A stretch of DNA of 43,158 bases, from NCBI GenBank assembly GCA_027491395.1, contig JAOZFI010000054.1:1-43158 (forward strand). Direction: 5' to 3'. Shown piece by piece: positions 1 through 9,204 of this stretch (its first letter is position 1; every line of letters starts with the position of its first letter). Both the position numbers and the translations under genes were made by a program. A model generated the notes under the pieces. The model did not search any database. It had not been told where the DNA came from and saw nothing but the letters and a program-made list of their open reading frames with translations. This DNA comes from Thermoproteota archaeon. GTDB taxonomy: Archaea > Korarchaeota > Korarchaeia > Korarchaeales > Korarchaeaceae.

Positions 1-79
1 CTTCTCACAGGTAACTTTATAATAAGGGCGGAATTCGAGCCCTTAAGGTGAGTAGTGTGCGTTACCGGAGATTCCTTCT

Positions 80-1297
80 TTGAATGAGAGCATCTCCAAG
101 GTGGTTTTGGCCTACTCAGGCGGTTTAGATACGACGGTCGCCATAAAGTGGTTCACCGAGCAAGGGGTCGAGGTAGTCACATTCACAGCCGAGATCGGAC
201 AGGGAACCGATCTGAAGGATGTGGAGATGAGGGCTTACGAAGCCGGCGCCATCAAGCACTATGGCTTGAACTTGGTGGACGAGTTCGTCAAAGATTATGT
301 GGCCCCAGCCATAAGGGCCAATGCCAAGTACGAGGGCGAGTATCCCCTCTCCAGCGCCCTCTCCAGGCCTCTGATATCTACCAAGCTGGTCGAGATAGCC
401 GAGAAGGAAGGTGCAGATGCGGTTGCGCACGGTTGCACCTCCAAGGGGAACGATCAGGTGAGGTTCGACATAACTGTAAGAGCCCTAAATCCCGATCTCA
501 AGGTCGTGGCGCCCACCAGGATATGGCGCTGGACTAGGCAGCAGGAGATGGAGTACGCCAAGTCTAGGGGATTGAGGATACCGGAAAGCCACAGCAAGTA
601 CTCGATAGATCAGAACCTCTGGGGAAGGAGCATAGAGGGCGGTCCGGTCGAGGATCCCTGGAACGAGCCACCCGAAGACGCTTTCGAGTGGACGGTCTCC
701 CCGGAGAAGGCCCCAGACCATCCCGAGTATTTGACACTGGGGTTCGAGGAGGGGCTCCCCAGCTCTCTCAACGGAGAGGTGATGGGTCTGAGCGAGCTCA
801 TAGTTGAGCTGAACTCCTCGGCCGGGAAGCACGGTATAGGGAGGATAGATCACATGGAGAGCAGGATCATAGGGTTCAAGAGCAGGGAGGTCTACGAGGC
901 CCCCGCCGCTGTGGTCATCCTGAAAGCCCACAAGGACTTGGAGAAGCTGGTGCTGACTAGGAGAGAGCTTCAGTTTAAGGAGCTGGCTGATAGGGAATGG
1001 ACCAACTTGGTTTACGAGGGGCTGTGGGGCGACCCCCTGAGGGAGAGCCTCCAAGAGATGATCAGGAGGATGAACGAGTTCGTCACAGGGGAGGTCAGGT
1101 TGAAGCTCTATAAGGGAAGCGCGGTCGTGGTGGGTAGGAAGTCCCAGTATGCTGCCTACAGCCTAGAAGTCGCGGGATACGACGAGGGCTGGTATCCCAC
1201 CGACGAGGAGGCTAGGGGCTTCATACAGGCCTGGGGGCTTCACACGCTCATGGCGAGGGCGGCGAGGAGAGGTGTATCGAAGGTCGGGATTGGGTGA
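80..1297 (+). CDS. argG: Argininosuccinate synthase
   Basis: Motifs VVLAYSGGLDT, AHGCTSKGNDQVRF, YSIDQNLWGRSIEGG, GFKSREVYEAPA. TTG start. Confidence 0.97.
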   Translation: MNESISKVVLAYSGGLDTTVAIKWFTEQGVEVVTFTAEIGQGTDLKDVEMRAYEAGAIKHYGLNLVDEFVKDYVAPAIRANAKYEGEYPLSSALSRPLISTKLVEIAEKEGADAVAHGCTSKGNDQVRFDITVRALNPDLKVVAPTRIWRWTRQQEMEYAKSRGLRIPESHSKYSIDQNLWGRSIEGGPVEDPWNEPPEDAFEWTVSPEKAPDHPEYLTLGFEEGLPSSLNGEVMGLSELIVELNSSAGKHGIGRIDHMESRIIGFKSREVYEAPAAVVILKAHKDLEKLVLTRRELQFKELADREWTNLVYEGLWGDPLRESLQEMIRRMNEFVTGEVRLKLYKGSAVVVGRKSQYAAYSLEVAGYDEGWYPTDEEARGFIQAWGLHTLMARAARRGVSKVGIG

Positions 1298-2648
1298 TCA
1301 GCCGGACTGGCTCGCCGAGTTCACCTCATCCTTGGATTCAGATAGAGTTCTATTCAGAGCAGTGGTGCTCACTGCCTACGCTCACTTTTTCCACCTGCTG
1401 GAGAAGGAGGTCGTACCGGAGGAGGCCTCCCGAGTCCTGATATGGTTAAGGAAAGCCCTAGAGAGTACTGAGGAAATACTCTCAGGGAATTACGAGGATG
1501 TGCATGAGGCCTTGGAGGCTTGGCTTCTTGAGAAGGCTGGCAAGAATGCTGGCTGGTTGGCCTACGGTAAGAGCAGGAATGATCAGGTCGCAACGGCCCT
1601 CAGGCTGGCCCTCAGATGGAGGCTCATTGGGCTGCTCTGGGAGCTCAACAGGCTGAGGGAGTCCCTTCTAGAAGCAGCTGAGAAGCACCTCAACGTCAAG
1701 ATACCCCTCTTCACGCACCTCCAACCAGCCCAGCCATCTCTGGCCTCACATTACCTGTTGTACGTGGAGGGTGAGATCTTCCACCACTACAGGATGATAT
1801 GGCAGGTGTTGAGGGAAGTGGTGGATCTCTGCCCGTTGGGCTCCGGTCCTGTAGCTGGAAGTTCGGTTCCGTTGGATAGGGGGAGGCTTGCGGAACTCCT
1901 AGGTTTCTCAGGAGTTGAGAATAACACCCTACTAGCCACTGGAAGCAGGACATTTGCTTCCCTCTCTGTAGGCCAGGTAGCCAGCCTGATGGTCGTCCTT
2001 AGCAGGGTAGCGGAGGACCTGATAATCTGGTCGACACCTCAGTTCTCCCTAGTTGAACTGCCGCAGGAGCACATCTCGACCAGCAGCATCATGCCCCAGA
2101 AGAGGAACGCGGTGACCCTAGAGCTCATAAGGGCGAAGGCCGGAACCGTACTCGGATCTTTAGTTTCTCTACTCACGGTCACTAAAGGGGTTCCCAGCGG
2201 GTACAATCTGGACCTCCAAGAGGCAAATCTCCACATGTTGAAACCTGTTGAGGAGGCCACGTCCTCAGCTAGAGTATTAGCGGACCTGATAAAAGGTATC
2301 AGGTTCAAGGAAATCGTCGTACCCGCTACGCTGGCTCAGGACATTGCTGAGAGGCTCGCTAGAGAAATAGGGATCACGTACAGGGAGGCCCATTCGCTGC
2401 TGGCCTCGACCCTCAGGGAGGTAGGGTGGGACCTGCTCAAGGCCGCTGATAAGCTAGGAGTGGACGTCCCCAACGTGGAGGATGTCTTAAGGGAGAGAGG
2501 GAGAGGTGCTCCTAATCCCGAGCTGGTCACTAAGGAGATAGGGTCAAGAAGGAGATTGCTGAGGGAGGATATCGAGAGACTCGCATCCTACGAGGAGGAG
2601 AAGGTGAAGGCCGAGAGATCCCTCCTTTCCATGGGTGTGAGGGACTAA
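1272..2648 (+). CDS. argH: Argininosuccinate lyase
   Basis: Motifs EDVH, GKSRNDQVAT, FTHLQPAQP and fumarase-family signature STSSIMPQKRN, plus GYNLDLQE. Overlaps the argG end. Confidence 0.95.
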   Translation: MYRRSGLGDQPDWLAEFTSSLDSDRVLFRAVVLTAYAHFFHLLEKEVVPEEASRVLIWLRKALESTEEILSGNYEDVHEALEAWLLEKAGKNAGWLAYGKSRNDQVATALRLALRWRLIGLLWELNRLRESLLEAAEKHLNVKIPLFTHLQPAQPSLASHYLLYVEGEIFHHYRMIWQVLREVVDLCPLGSGPVAGSSVPLDRGRLAELLGFSGVENNTLLATGSRTFASLSVGQVASLMVVLSRVAEDLIIWSTPQFSLVELPQEHISTSSIMPQKRNAVTLELIRAKAGTVLGSLVSLLTVTKGVPSGYNLDLQEANLHMLKPVEEATSSARVLADLIKGIRFKEIVVPATLAQDIAERLAREIGITYREAHSLLASTLREVGWDLLKAADKLGVDVPNVEDVLRERGRGAPNPELVTKEIGSRRRLLREDIERLASYEEEKVKAERSLLSMGVRD

Positions 2649-3229
2649 CCTGCCGAGAGTCCCTTGAGATCCTGATCCAGCTCCTCCTCTATCAGGCTTA
2701 TCTCCTCCAAGAGCTCCTCGACGAGGACTGGAGGGAATGCCTTGACATAGGATAGCGAGTACACTTCAGTCAGTACCTCTTCAAGCTCCCTCAACATCCC
2801 ATCCACATCGCCTTTCTCGAGGAAGTACTCATCCAAATCGACATAACCCTCACCGAAGGCGACGACCGGAATAGTAGCCCATGTAATCCCGCCGTTACCG
2901 TTTTCGACTCCGCTGGGAACTGGTAGGAGTCCATTGGAGGTGAAGGGATTGAATACGTATATTTTGCTAGTCCTTCCCCTTCTCTCTAAGAGTCCCGCTA
3001 GGGCGACTGAGTTCACAGGTATCTCGTCAAATAGAGACCTACTGAACAGGTCGCTGACGTAGTACAAGGAGGGAATCACCGCCACCCTCATATCCTTGAG
3101 CGTTGGGATGACCTTGAGTACCTTCTCGGCTATTCGAACCGCCTCCTCATCACTCAGAGGCCTGAGGGGCACCTCGTTCATTAGTACGGGGATGCACAGG
3201 AGATCTATGGCCTCTGGTATCATGTTCAC
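2645..3229 (-). CDS. Hypothetical protein, acidic C-terminus
   Basis: 194-aa ORF filling the gap, host-like codon use, GAGGAG upstream. No recognisable motif. Confidence 0.7.
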   Translation of the reverse strand: MNMIPEAIDLLCIPVLMNEVPLRPLSDEEAVRIAEKVLKVIPTLKDMRVAVIPSLYYVSDLFSRSLFDEIPVNSVALAGLLERRGRTSKIYVFNPFTSNGLLPVPSGVENGNGGITWATIPVVAFGEGYVDLDEYFLEKGDVDGMLRELEEVLTEVYSLSYVKAFPPVLVEELLEEISLIEEELDQDLKGLSAG

Positions 3230-3325
3230 TCCTCATGCGGAGGCTCGCTGCCTTTAATTAAATGTTTATCGCATCATAAAGGTAATTCTGATTATAAATT
3301 GAGGAGGAATGGGTCAAATTAGTCC

Positions 3326-4003
3326 CTAGTCCCTTCCCTCCCACTCCCAAGTCTCGGGCTTGCTGACCTCGAGAGGACCGTTGAGCTGCGGTACCTCGGT
3401 CAGCTGGAAGATCGCGGTTGAGGTGAGGTTCCCGTCCGTTATGGACACCTCGATCCTCACCAAGTAACCCTCGGTCGTATCGAAGTAGAACTTTGTGGTC
3501 ATATTAACATCTGGCTGAGGATAGCTAGCGGTGAAGTTAGTGTAGTTGACCACTGGGTGGGGCCCCCAAGGCATGTCCACATTGGTTATCCCGTTGTACT
3601 TCAGGAAGATCTGATTCCCTCTCCCCAAGTTGAAGGGCAGGCCTATGGTATCCACGCCCATTAGCTCCTTGGGCATGGCCACCAAGCTGAAGGGCACATC
3701 ATAGCATTGGACTGTTGGGGCCGTCTCGTTCATCGGGCACAGGTGATAAGCTGGCCAAGAGAAATCATTCACCTTGACGGTCCTATCTGCCCTCTGAGTC
3801 TCTACGCTCTTGTTCCCGTAGCTCATTACTATCCTGAGTTCCTGCTTCAGGACGCTTCCCTTACCCACGGAGAAGGTGAGCTTGTCGATGGAGGCGTATC
3901 TTTCCTCGAAAGAGGTCCCTCCCGCCATCTCAGCTAGTAGATAGAGACCTAAGGCGAAGAGGACCGCTAAGATCACTACCACAGATACTAGAAGTTTATT
4001 CAT
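3326..4003 (-). CDS. Hypothetical membrane-anchored/secreted protein
   Basis: N-terminal MNK plus hydrophobic helix, and several N-X-S/T sequons (NKS, NET, NYT, NFT, NMT, NLT) consistent with a surface glycoprotein. Confidence 0.75.
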   Translation of the reverse strand: MNKLLVSVVVILAVLFALGLYLLAEMAGGTSFEERYASIDKLTFSVGKGSVLKQELRIVMSYGNKSVETQRADRTVKVNDFSWPAYHLCPMNETAPTVQCYDVPFSLVAMPKELMGVDTIGLPFNLGRGNQIFLKYNGITNVDMPWGPHPVVNYTNFTASYPQPDVNMTTKFYFDTTEGYLVRIEVSITDGNLTSTAIFQLTEVPQLNGPLEVSKPETWEWEGRD

Positions 4004-4048
4004 TGTGATCGGTAGTGGAGGCGACTATCCCAATATATTCTTATTGGG

Positions 4049-5142
4049 CTAGGAGAGGAGCCATTCGTTACCCAAGTAAACCTCCAATCCTTGCTCCTTA
4101 GCGACCTTGACGACGGCCTCCTCAGCGAACTCCCTCCTAGTTAGGGGCAGGTCACTGGCGAAGTGCTCTGGATGGAAGGCCAGCAGGACGTATGGAATAT
4201 TCACATCCAACGAGGCTAAGAACTCAGCTATCCCCATGATCTCCTCCAGATCCACGTAATAGGGAACCATCAACGTGCTCACAACTATCAGGGGAGGATT
4301 CTCCCTCTTTTTGGCAAGCTTCGCCGCCGTCTTCAGGTTCCCCAACACCTTGTCCTTCCCCTTCACTCCGGTTAGGGCCTCGTACACGGAAGGAGTCCAC
4401 GCCTTGAAGTCCACTTTAACTATCCCCCCGCTCTCAAGGGAGGCCTCGGCCATCTTCAGGAATATCCTCGGATCTTGAAGTCCATTAGTCTCCCAGCACA
4501 GTCTCTTGAGCCCAGACGCCGTATCCCTGACCTTCCTGTAGAGCGAGAAGAGCTGGGGCGTCCATGGGCTGGGCCCCCTCCGAAGGCGCATATACAGGTA
4601 ACATCATCCCTCAAAGCCTCCCTGAGTAGTGAATTAAGTGACATAAGGGGTCTTCCCATGGCAGCCATCCTCCTGTGCTCCGCGTTCTGGCAGAAGAAGC
4701 AATCAAGGTTGCATGATCCGTAGAAGACTGCCAGATTGTACCTCCCAATTTCCAGGCCGCATGTATCTGTGACTTCAGGATAACCGCGGCAAGTAGCTGC
4801 GGGACATACCGGGGTGGCGACGCAGTTGGTGGGAAGTGGATCCAAGTAATAGAGGCCCGTCGCTAAGTTCCAGCTCCCTGTCAGTGGTCTGAGCCCGTTC
4901 CTGTTGATTACGGTTCCGCAATACCCCCTCTCTCCCTCATTTAGCTCGCAGCCGTTAACGCAGAGTGGGCATTTGAGCATTCCTCCCCTCGGGAGATGTG
5001 ACGGGAGACCTATGGAGGTTCGCCATTTCTCCCTCCTTCTCCTCACAATCTCCAAGGATTCTGGCCTCTCCCTGAGGCACTCGAGGCACACTGAGAGGGA
5101 TTGGCTGATCCTCGAGCTACCGCAAAGCTCGCACCTAGTCAT
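4049..5142 (-). pseudogene. Radical SAM protein (PflA/AmmeMemoRadiSAM-like), split by a 1-nt frameshift
   Basis: ORF 4456..5142 has a Cys-rich N-terminus and CxxxCxxC (CNLDCFFC). ORF 4049..4591 has CWETNG, VKVDFKA and YVLLAFHP. Junction GGA GGG GGC CCA GC at ~4571-4582; adding one A restores GGA GGG GAG CCC AGC (GGEPS). Could be a sequencing error. Confidence 0.8.
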
Positions 5143-6413
5143 GACCCTAGCACAACCCTCCTCGTGAACCCATTAACTATGACGGTCCACCTGCCTTCAG
5201 GTAGCGGGCCGGCAGTTATCCTCGTCTCCACGACGGCTAGGCACTGTATGCAGGCTTTGTAACTTCTCTCAAGGTCGATCACGATTCTGAGCACCCTGTC
5301 GTCTAGATCCAGCTCGTACCACTGTACCACATGCCTGTAGCAGGGATTAGGCGCGCCTTCTTTGACTAGGATGAGGAGGTCGTTATAGCCCACCGCCACT
5401 GTGATGTCCCTTCCTGCCATCGATCCACAGGAGGCTGAACTGCTGACTCTGAGCTCAAACAAGTCCTTCTTTCCCTCAGACTGAAGTGAGAGTACTGCCT
5501 CCCTTATCCGGGAGGGTAGATCCGAGGAGGCGAAGCTCTGAGCGGTCTCACGCGTATCATTCCTATCGACTCCGGCGATCACGAGCAGAGGCCTGTCCAG
5601 TGGGAGCTCGTCCTCTACTATCACACCTCCCCTCCTTCCCTCCTTCAACCTCAGGAGGAGCTTCCTAGCATCATCCTTCGGCATGTAGATCTTACTGACG
5701 TAACCGGAGCCGGGACTGAGGGGACCTCCGAGAACTATGACCGCGGGATAGTTCAGGGTCCTAGCAATCTGCTTGGGATCGGTGGCATCGAGCCAGACGG
5801 CCCTCAAACCCACCCCCTCGAGGGCCTCGGAGATCACGTTGAAGGAGAGGTTCCTGTCTATCTCGTTTGAAAGCACGGCCACCTCATTGCCCTCTACGGA
5901 GATCTTAGCGCCTTCGCTCTCGCATCTCAGGGTTTCCTGCTTCACCTCGAGACCCTTCTCCTCCTTCAACCACTTCACCAAGGCGGCGGGGGGTATCATA
6001 TTATCGTAGCTCTTAACGGGATTAGAAAACTTATCCAAGTCGACGAGACCAGCTGAAGCAAGGAGCAGCTTCATCAACTTGAGGGGAGAATCGGAAAGGC
6101 TCTTATCCGTTTCGACGAGGACCAGCGACTTCTTGTAACCTTGGTAAACGTAGCCATGGAGTACCCTCCTGCCCCTCCCGGTCAGATCCCCGAGTCTCAC
6201 CTCCACTCTCTTGAGCGTGAGGCCTTGAACCCTCTCCTCTGAGATGACGAGCTTTAGACCCATGTCCTTGAAGGCGTGATAGACCTGATCCAGCTTCAGT
6301 TTACCCTTGTAGATGGCACCCACCGCGCCACCGGTGGGTATGCAGGCACCAATCGGGATGAGCGGCAGGAGGAGGGAAGCAATCAGTAGAACAGTGACGA
6401 GAGGTTTCCTCAT
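5139..6413 (-). CDS. Secreted/surface protein with S-layer-like central segment and Cys-containing C-terminal domain
   Basis: Signal peptide MRKPLVTVLLIASLLLPLIPIGAC. VIVLGGP and LVIAGVDRNDT resemble archaeal S-layer C-terminal motifs. C-terminus PNPCY...ACIQC...GPLPEGRWTVIVNG. ATGA overlap with the radical SAM gene. Confidence 0.7.
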   Translation of the reverse strand: MRKPLVTVLLIASLLLPLIPIGACIPTGGAVGAIYKGKLKLDQVYHAFKDMGLKLVISEERVQGLTLKRVEVRLGDLTGRGRRVLHGYVYQGYKKSLVLVETDKSLSDSPLKLMKLLLASAGLVDLDKFSNPVKSYDNMIPPAALVKWLKEEKGLEVKQETLRCESEGAKISVEGNEVAVLSNEIDRNLSFNVISEALEGVGLRAVWLDATDPKQIARTLNYPAVIVLGGPLSPGSGYVSKIYMPKDDARKLLLRLKEGRRGGVIVEDELPLDRPLLVIAGVDRNDTRETAQSFASSDLPSRIREAVLSLQSEGKKDLFELRVSSSASCGSMAGRDITVAVGYNDLLILVKEGAPNPCYRHVVQWYELDLDDRVLRIVIDLERSYKACIQCLAVVETRITAGPLPEGRWTVIVNGFTRRVVLGS

Positions 6414-6475
6414 CTGGAATAATCACTTGAAGGCCTTAAAAAGCGTTTCAAGCTGAAAAGTAGGGGGAGGTTGGT

Positions 6476-7747
6476 TTAGGAGCTTTTTATGTGATCTATG
6501 AGCACCTGCGTGTACTCGCTGGCCTTCAACGGCTGGACTCCGGGCATGTGCCTAGCCAAGTCTTGAGTGACCTTCTTCTCCGCTATTGCCTTCCTTATCG
6601 CATCCTTTATGAGAGCACTGGCCTCCTTCCATCCCATGTACTCGAGCAAAAGGCAGCCGCTCAGTATTTCAGCAGTCGGGTTGGCCACATCCTTGCCAGC
6701 GTACTTGGGAGCGGTACCGTGCACGGGCTCGGCTAGGGCCATGTAGTCACCGGCGTTCATGCCAGCTGCCATGCCTATCCCGCCAACTAGGGCATTGGCC
6801 TCGTCGCTTATGTAATCGCCATTAACGTTCGGGGCCACTATTATGTCGTAGTCCCACGGCCTAGTTATTATCTGCTGGAGCATGTTGTCAGCTATCCTGT
6901 CGTTCACCAGTATCTTGCCCTCGGGCATCTCCCCATTGTACTGCTCCCAGAGCTCCTGCTCAGTCACTACGTACTCCCTAAACTCCTCCGTGGCGACTTC
7001 ATAGGCCCAGTTCCTGAAAGCGCCCTCTGTATACTTCATTATGTTGCCCTTGTGCATGATGGTGACGGGGCTCCTTCCATTCTCGATCGCGGACCTCATA
7101 GCCTTCCTCATGAGCCTTTTGGTGCCGAATATGGAGATGGGCTTTATCCCTATACCAGCGTCAGGCCTTATCTCCACGCCCAGCTCCTCTTTAAGGAAAT
7201 TCCTGAGCTTCTCAGCCTCCGGACTGTCGTAAGTCCACTCTATCCCCGCGTAAAGGTCCTCGGTGTTCTCCCTGAATATCACGAAGTCCACCTTATCCGC
7301 ATGGCAGTGAGGAGCAGGCTGGCCGAAGTACTGAACAGGCCTTATGTTGGCGTAGAGGTCCAACTTCTTCCTCAGGGCCACGTTCAGGCTCCTGAATCCC
7401 GTGCCCACAGGAGTGGTCAGGGGGCCCTTCAGAGCCAAGACGGTGTACCTTATCGCTAGCACCGTATCTTCAGGTAGTAATTCCCCGTAGAGCTCCATGG
7501 CCTTCTCTCCGGCATAAGCCTCCCACCAGACTATCCTCCTCTTACCCCCGTAAGCCTTCTCTATAGCCGCATCCATCACGGCTCGGGCTTGACTCACGAT
7601 CTGGGGACCTATGCCATCGCCCTCTATATACACGATAATTGGATCATCGGGGACGACCAGCTTGCCGTCCTTAACCGTTACCTTCTCGCCCTCCTCGGGC
7701 AGCCTGAGCTTCTTGAACTCAGGGGGGCTCTCGAGTATATCCACCAA
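6476..7747 (-). CDS. icd: Isocitrate dehydrogenase (NADP-type)
   Basis: Motifs IEGDGIG, KGPLTTPVGTGFRSLNV, FRENTEDLYAG, MHKGNIMKYTEG, EPVHGTAPKYAG. Start placed at TTG 7747 (or GTG 7744) behind GGAGGTGA, not at 7909. Confidence 0.96.
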   Translation of the reverse strand: MVDILESPPEFKKLRLPEEGEKVTVKDGKLVVPDDPIIVYIEGDGIGPQIVSQARAVMDAAIEKAYGGKRRIVWWEAYAGEKAMELYGELLPEDTVLAIRYTVLALKGPLTTPVGTGFRSLNVALRKKLDLYANIRPVQYFGQPAPHCHADKVDFVIFRENTEDLYAGIEWTYDSPEAEKLRNFLKEELGVEIRPDAGIGIKPISIFGTKRLMRKAMRSAIENGRSPVTIMHKGNIMKYTEGAFRNWAYEVATEEFREYVVTEQELWEQYNGEMPEGKILVNDRIADNMLQQIITRPWDYDIIVAPNVNGDYISDEANALVGGIGMAAGMNAGDYMALAEPVHGTAPKYAGKDVANPTAEILSGCLLLEYMGWKEASALIKDAIRKAIAEKKVTQDLARHMPGVQPLKASEYTQVLIDHIKSS

Positions 7748-7752
7748 GGGGG

Positions 7753-7760
7753 TCACCTCC
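7753..7760 (-). promoter_or_regulatory. Shine-Dalgarno site of icd
   Basis: GGAGGTGA on the minus strand, 5 nt before TTG 7747. Confidence 0.75.
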
Positions 7761-7871
7761 TTGGAGGCCCGACGGCTCAGCTTAAAAGTTTGGACGCTTA
7801 GATAGTTGAACGGATGATCTACCAATAGAAGGTTTTTGGTGAGCTCTCTAATGAAAAAGAATGGGGAAGGA

Positions 7872-9143
7872 TTAGAAGACGAAGCTCTCCGTCTCCAAAG
7901 ATCTTCCAACCACTTCTAGCTTGTTGGTGGGTATCTTCTCCCCGCCGTATAGATCGGCGTAAGTCTCCCCGTACAGTAAAGCGGCAGCGATCCTGCCGAT
8001 CGCATCTCCCTTGAGTATCCCGCTTCCGCTGGCTCCAGTAGCCACGACCATGTTGGATCTCCTGAAAACTACAGGATTATGATCGACGGAGTTCAGCATA
8101 TAGAGGCCGGCCCACATGTTGTCCACTCTAGCTCCCTCAAGCTGCGGAAAGTACTTCACCATTATCGGGTAGATGTTGTCGTAGTAGTAGTTTTCCTCGG
8201 GCTCCTCATCCGGGGTGAAGGGCCTTATCTCGTCCGAGAACCCGAACCAGAAGGTTCCATCCCTCCTATCTGCCCTTATGTAATGGCCGGTCGGGAGGAA
8301 GGTGAATGGGAGTATGCCCTCCTCGTTAAACCCCTTCGTGTTCAGGAGGGCTTTCTGAGCTTCAGTCCTAGGCCTGAAGGTGAATATCTGCCTCTTCTTC
8401 GGCTTGGAAATGCAGTCTATACCTAGGGGATCGAGTAGGAGGTGGGTCCATCCGCCTGCAGCTATCACGAGCTTCTTCGCGGTTATTATCCCCTTGTTCG
8501 TCTCCACGCCGGCGAACCTCACCTTCTGCCAGGCTCTAGGCTCTCTAGGGATGCCGAGCTTGATTTCAGGCTCTACTATTATCCTCTCCACCTTGGTGTT
8601 GAACTGGAAATTCCCTCCCATTTCCTTGATTCTGTCCCTATAGTAGTAGGCGAGCTTGTCAGCGTCTATGTATCCGCATTTGACACCGAACAGCCCGTAG
8701 TCCACGTTCTTCACTCCTAGGATCTCGGCTTCCTCATCTCCGTCGAACTCGTAGTTCATCTCGAGTATCTTCTTCAGTTCAGCCCTCCGGTAGATCTTTA
8801 GGGTCCCCTTCTTCTCCAACGTGTGGGCTACGTCAGCTATCTCCTCGAACTGGTCCTTGCTCCTCAATATGAGGTAGCCCACTAGCTCCATCCCCAAGTC
8901 GTAACCCTCCTCCCTCTGGATGTGGAGGTAGAAGTCGACGGATGTGTCGGATAGGAGCCTGTTGGTTGAAGAGGTAAAGAGTCCAGCCCTGAAACCTGCA
9001 GCACTCTTTGCTGTAGCCCCCTGACCCACATCTCCCATTCTGTCGACGATGAGTACGTTAGCTTCGGGATCTCTACTCAAAACGTGATAAGCGGTAGCCA
9101 GCCCCAAGATACCGGCTCCCACAACTAGCACATCGGCCTCCAA
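7872..9143 (-). CDS. FAD-dependent oxidoreductase, DAO/sarcosine oxidase beta/proline dehydrogenase family
   Basis: Rossmann motif DVLVVGAGILG, GATAKSAAG, LVIAAGGW, WAGLY...DHNPV, GASGSGI. Confidence 0.9.
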   Translation of the reverse strand: MEADVLVVGAGILGLATAYHVLSRDPEANVLIVDRMGDVGQGATAKSAAGFRAGLFTSSTNRLLSDTSVDFYLHIQREEGYDLGMELVGYLILRSKDQFEEIADVAHTLEKKGTLKIYRRAELKKILEMNYEFDGDEEAEILGVKNVDYGLFGVKCGYIDADKLAYYYRDRIKEMGGNFQFNTKVERIIVEPEIKLGIPREPRAWQKVRFAGVETNKGIITAKKLVIAAGGWTHLLLDPLGIDCISKPKKRQIFTFRPRTEAQKALLNTKGFNEEGILPFTFLPTGHYIRADRRDGTFWFGFSDEIRPFTPDEEPEENYYYDNIYPIMVKYFPQLEGARVDNMWAGLYMLNSVDHNPVVFRRSNMVVATGASGSGILKGDAIGRIAAALLYGETYADLYGGEKIPTNKLEVVGRSLETESFVF

Positions 9144-9204
9144 GGAGCTTCACCTTGTTCTCACGAAGGAAAAAATGAAAAAGTTATCCTGATTCGGTAA
9201 AACG

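Noticed and set aside
7748-7909. 54-aa N-terminal extension of Icd in the ORF track
   Set aside because: It overlaps the upstream gene's end, and a strong SD precedes TTG 7747.
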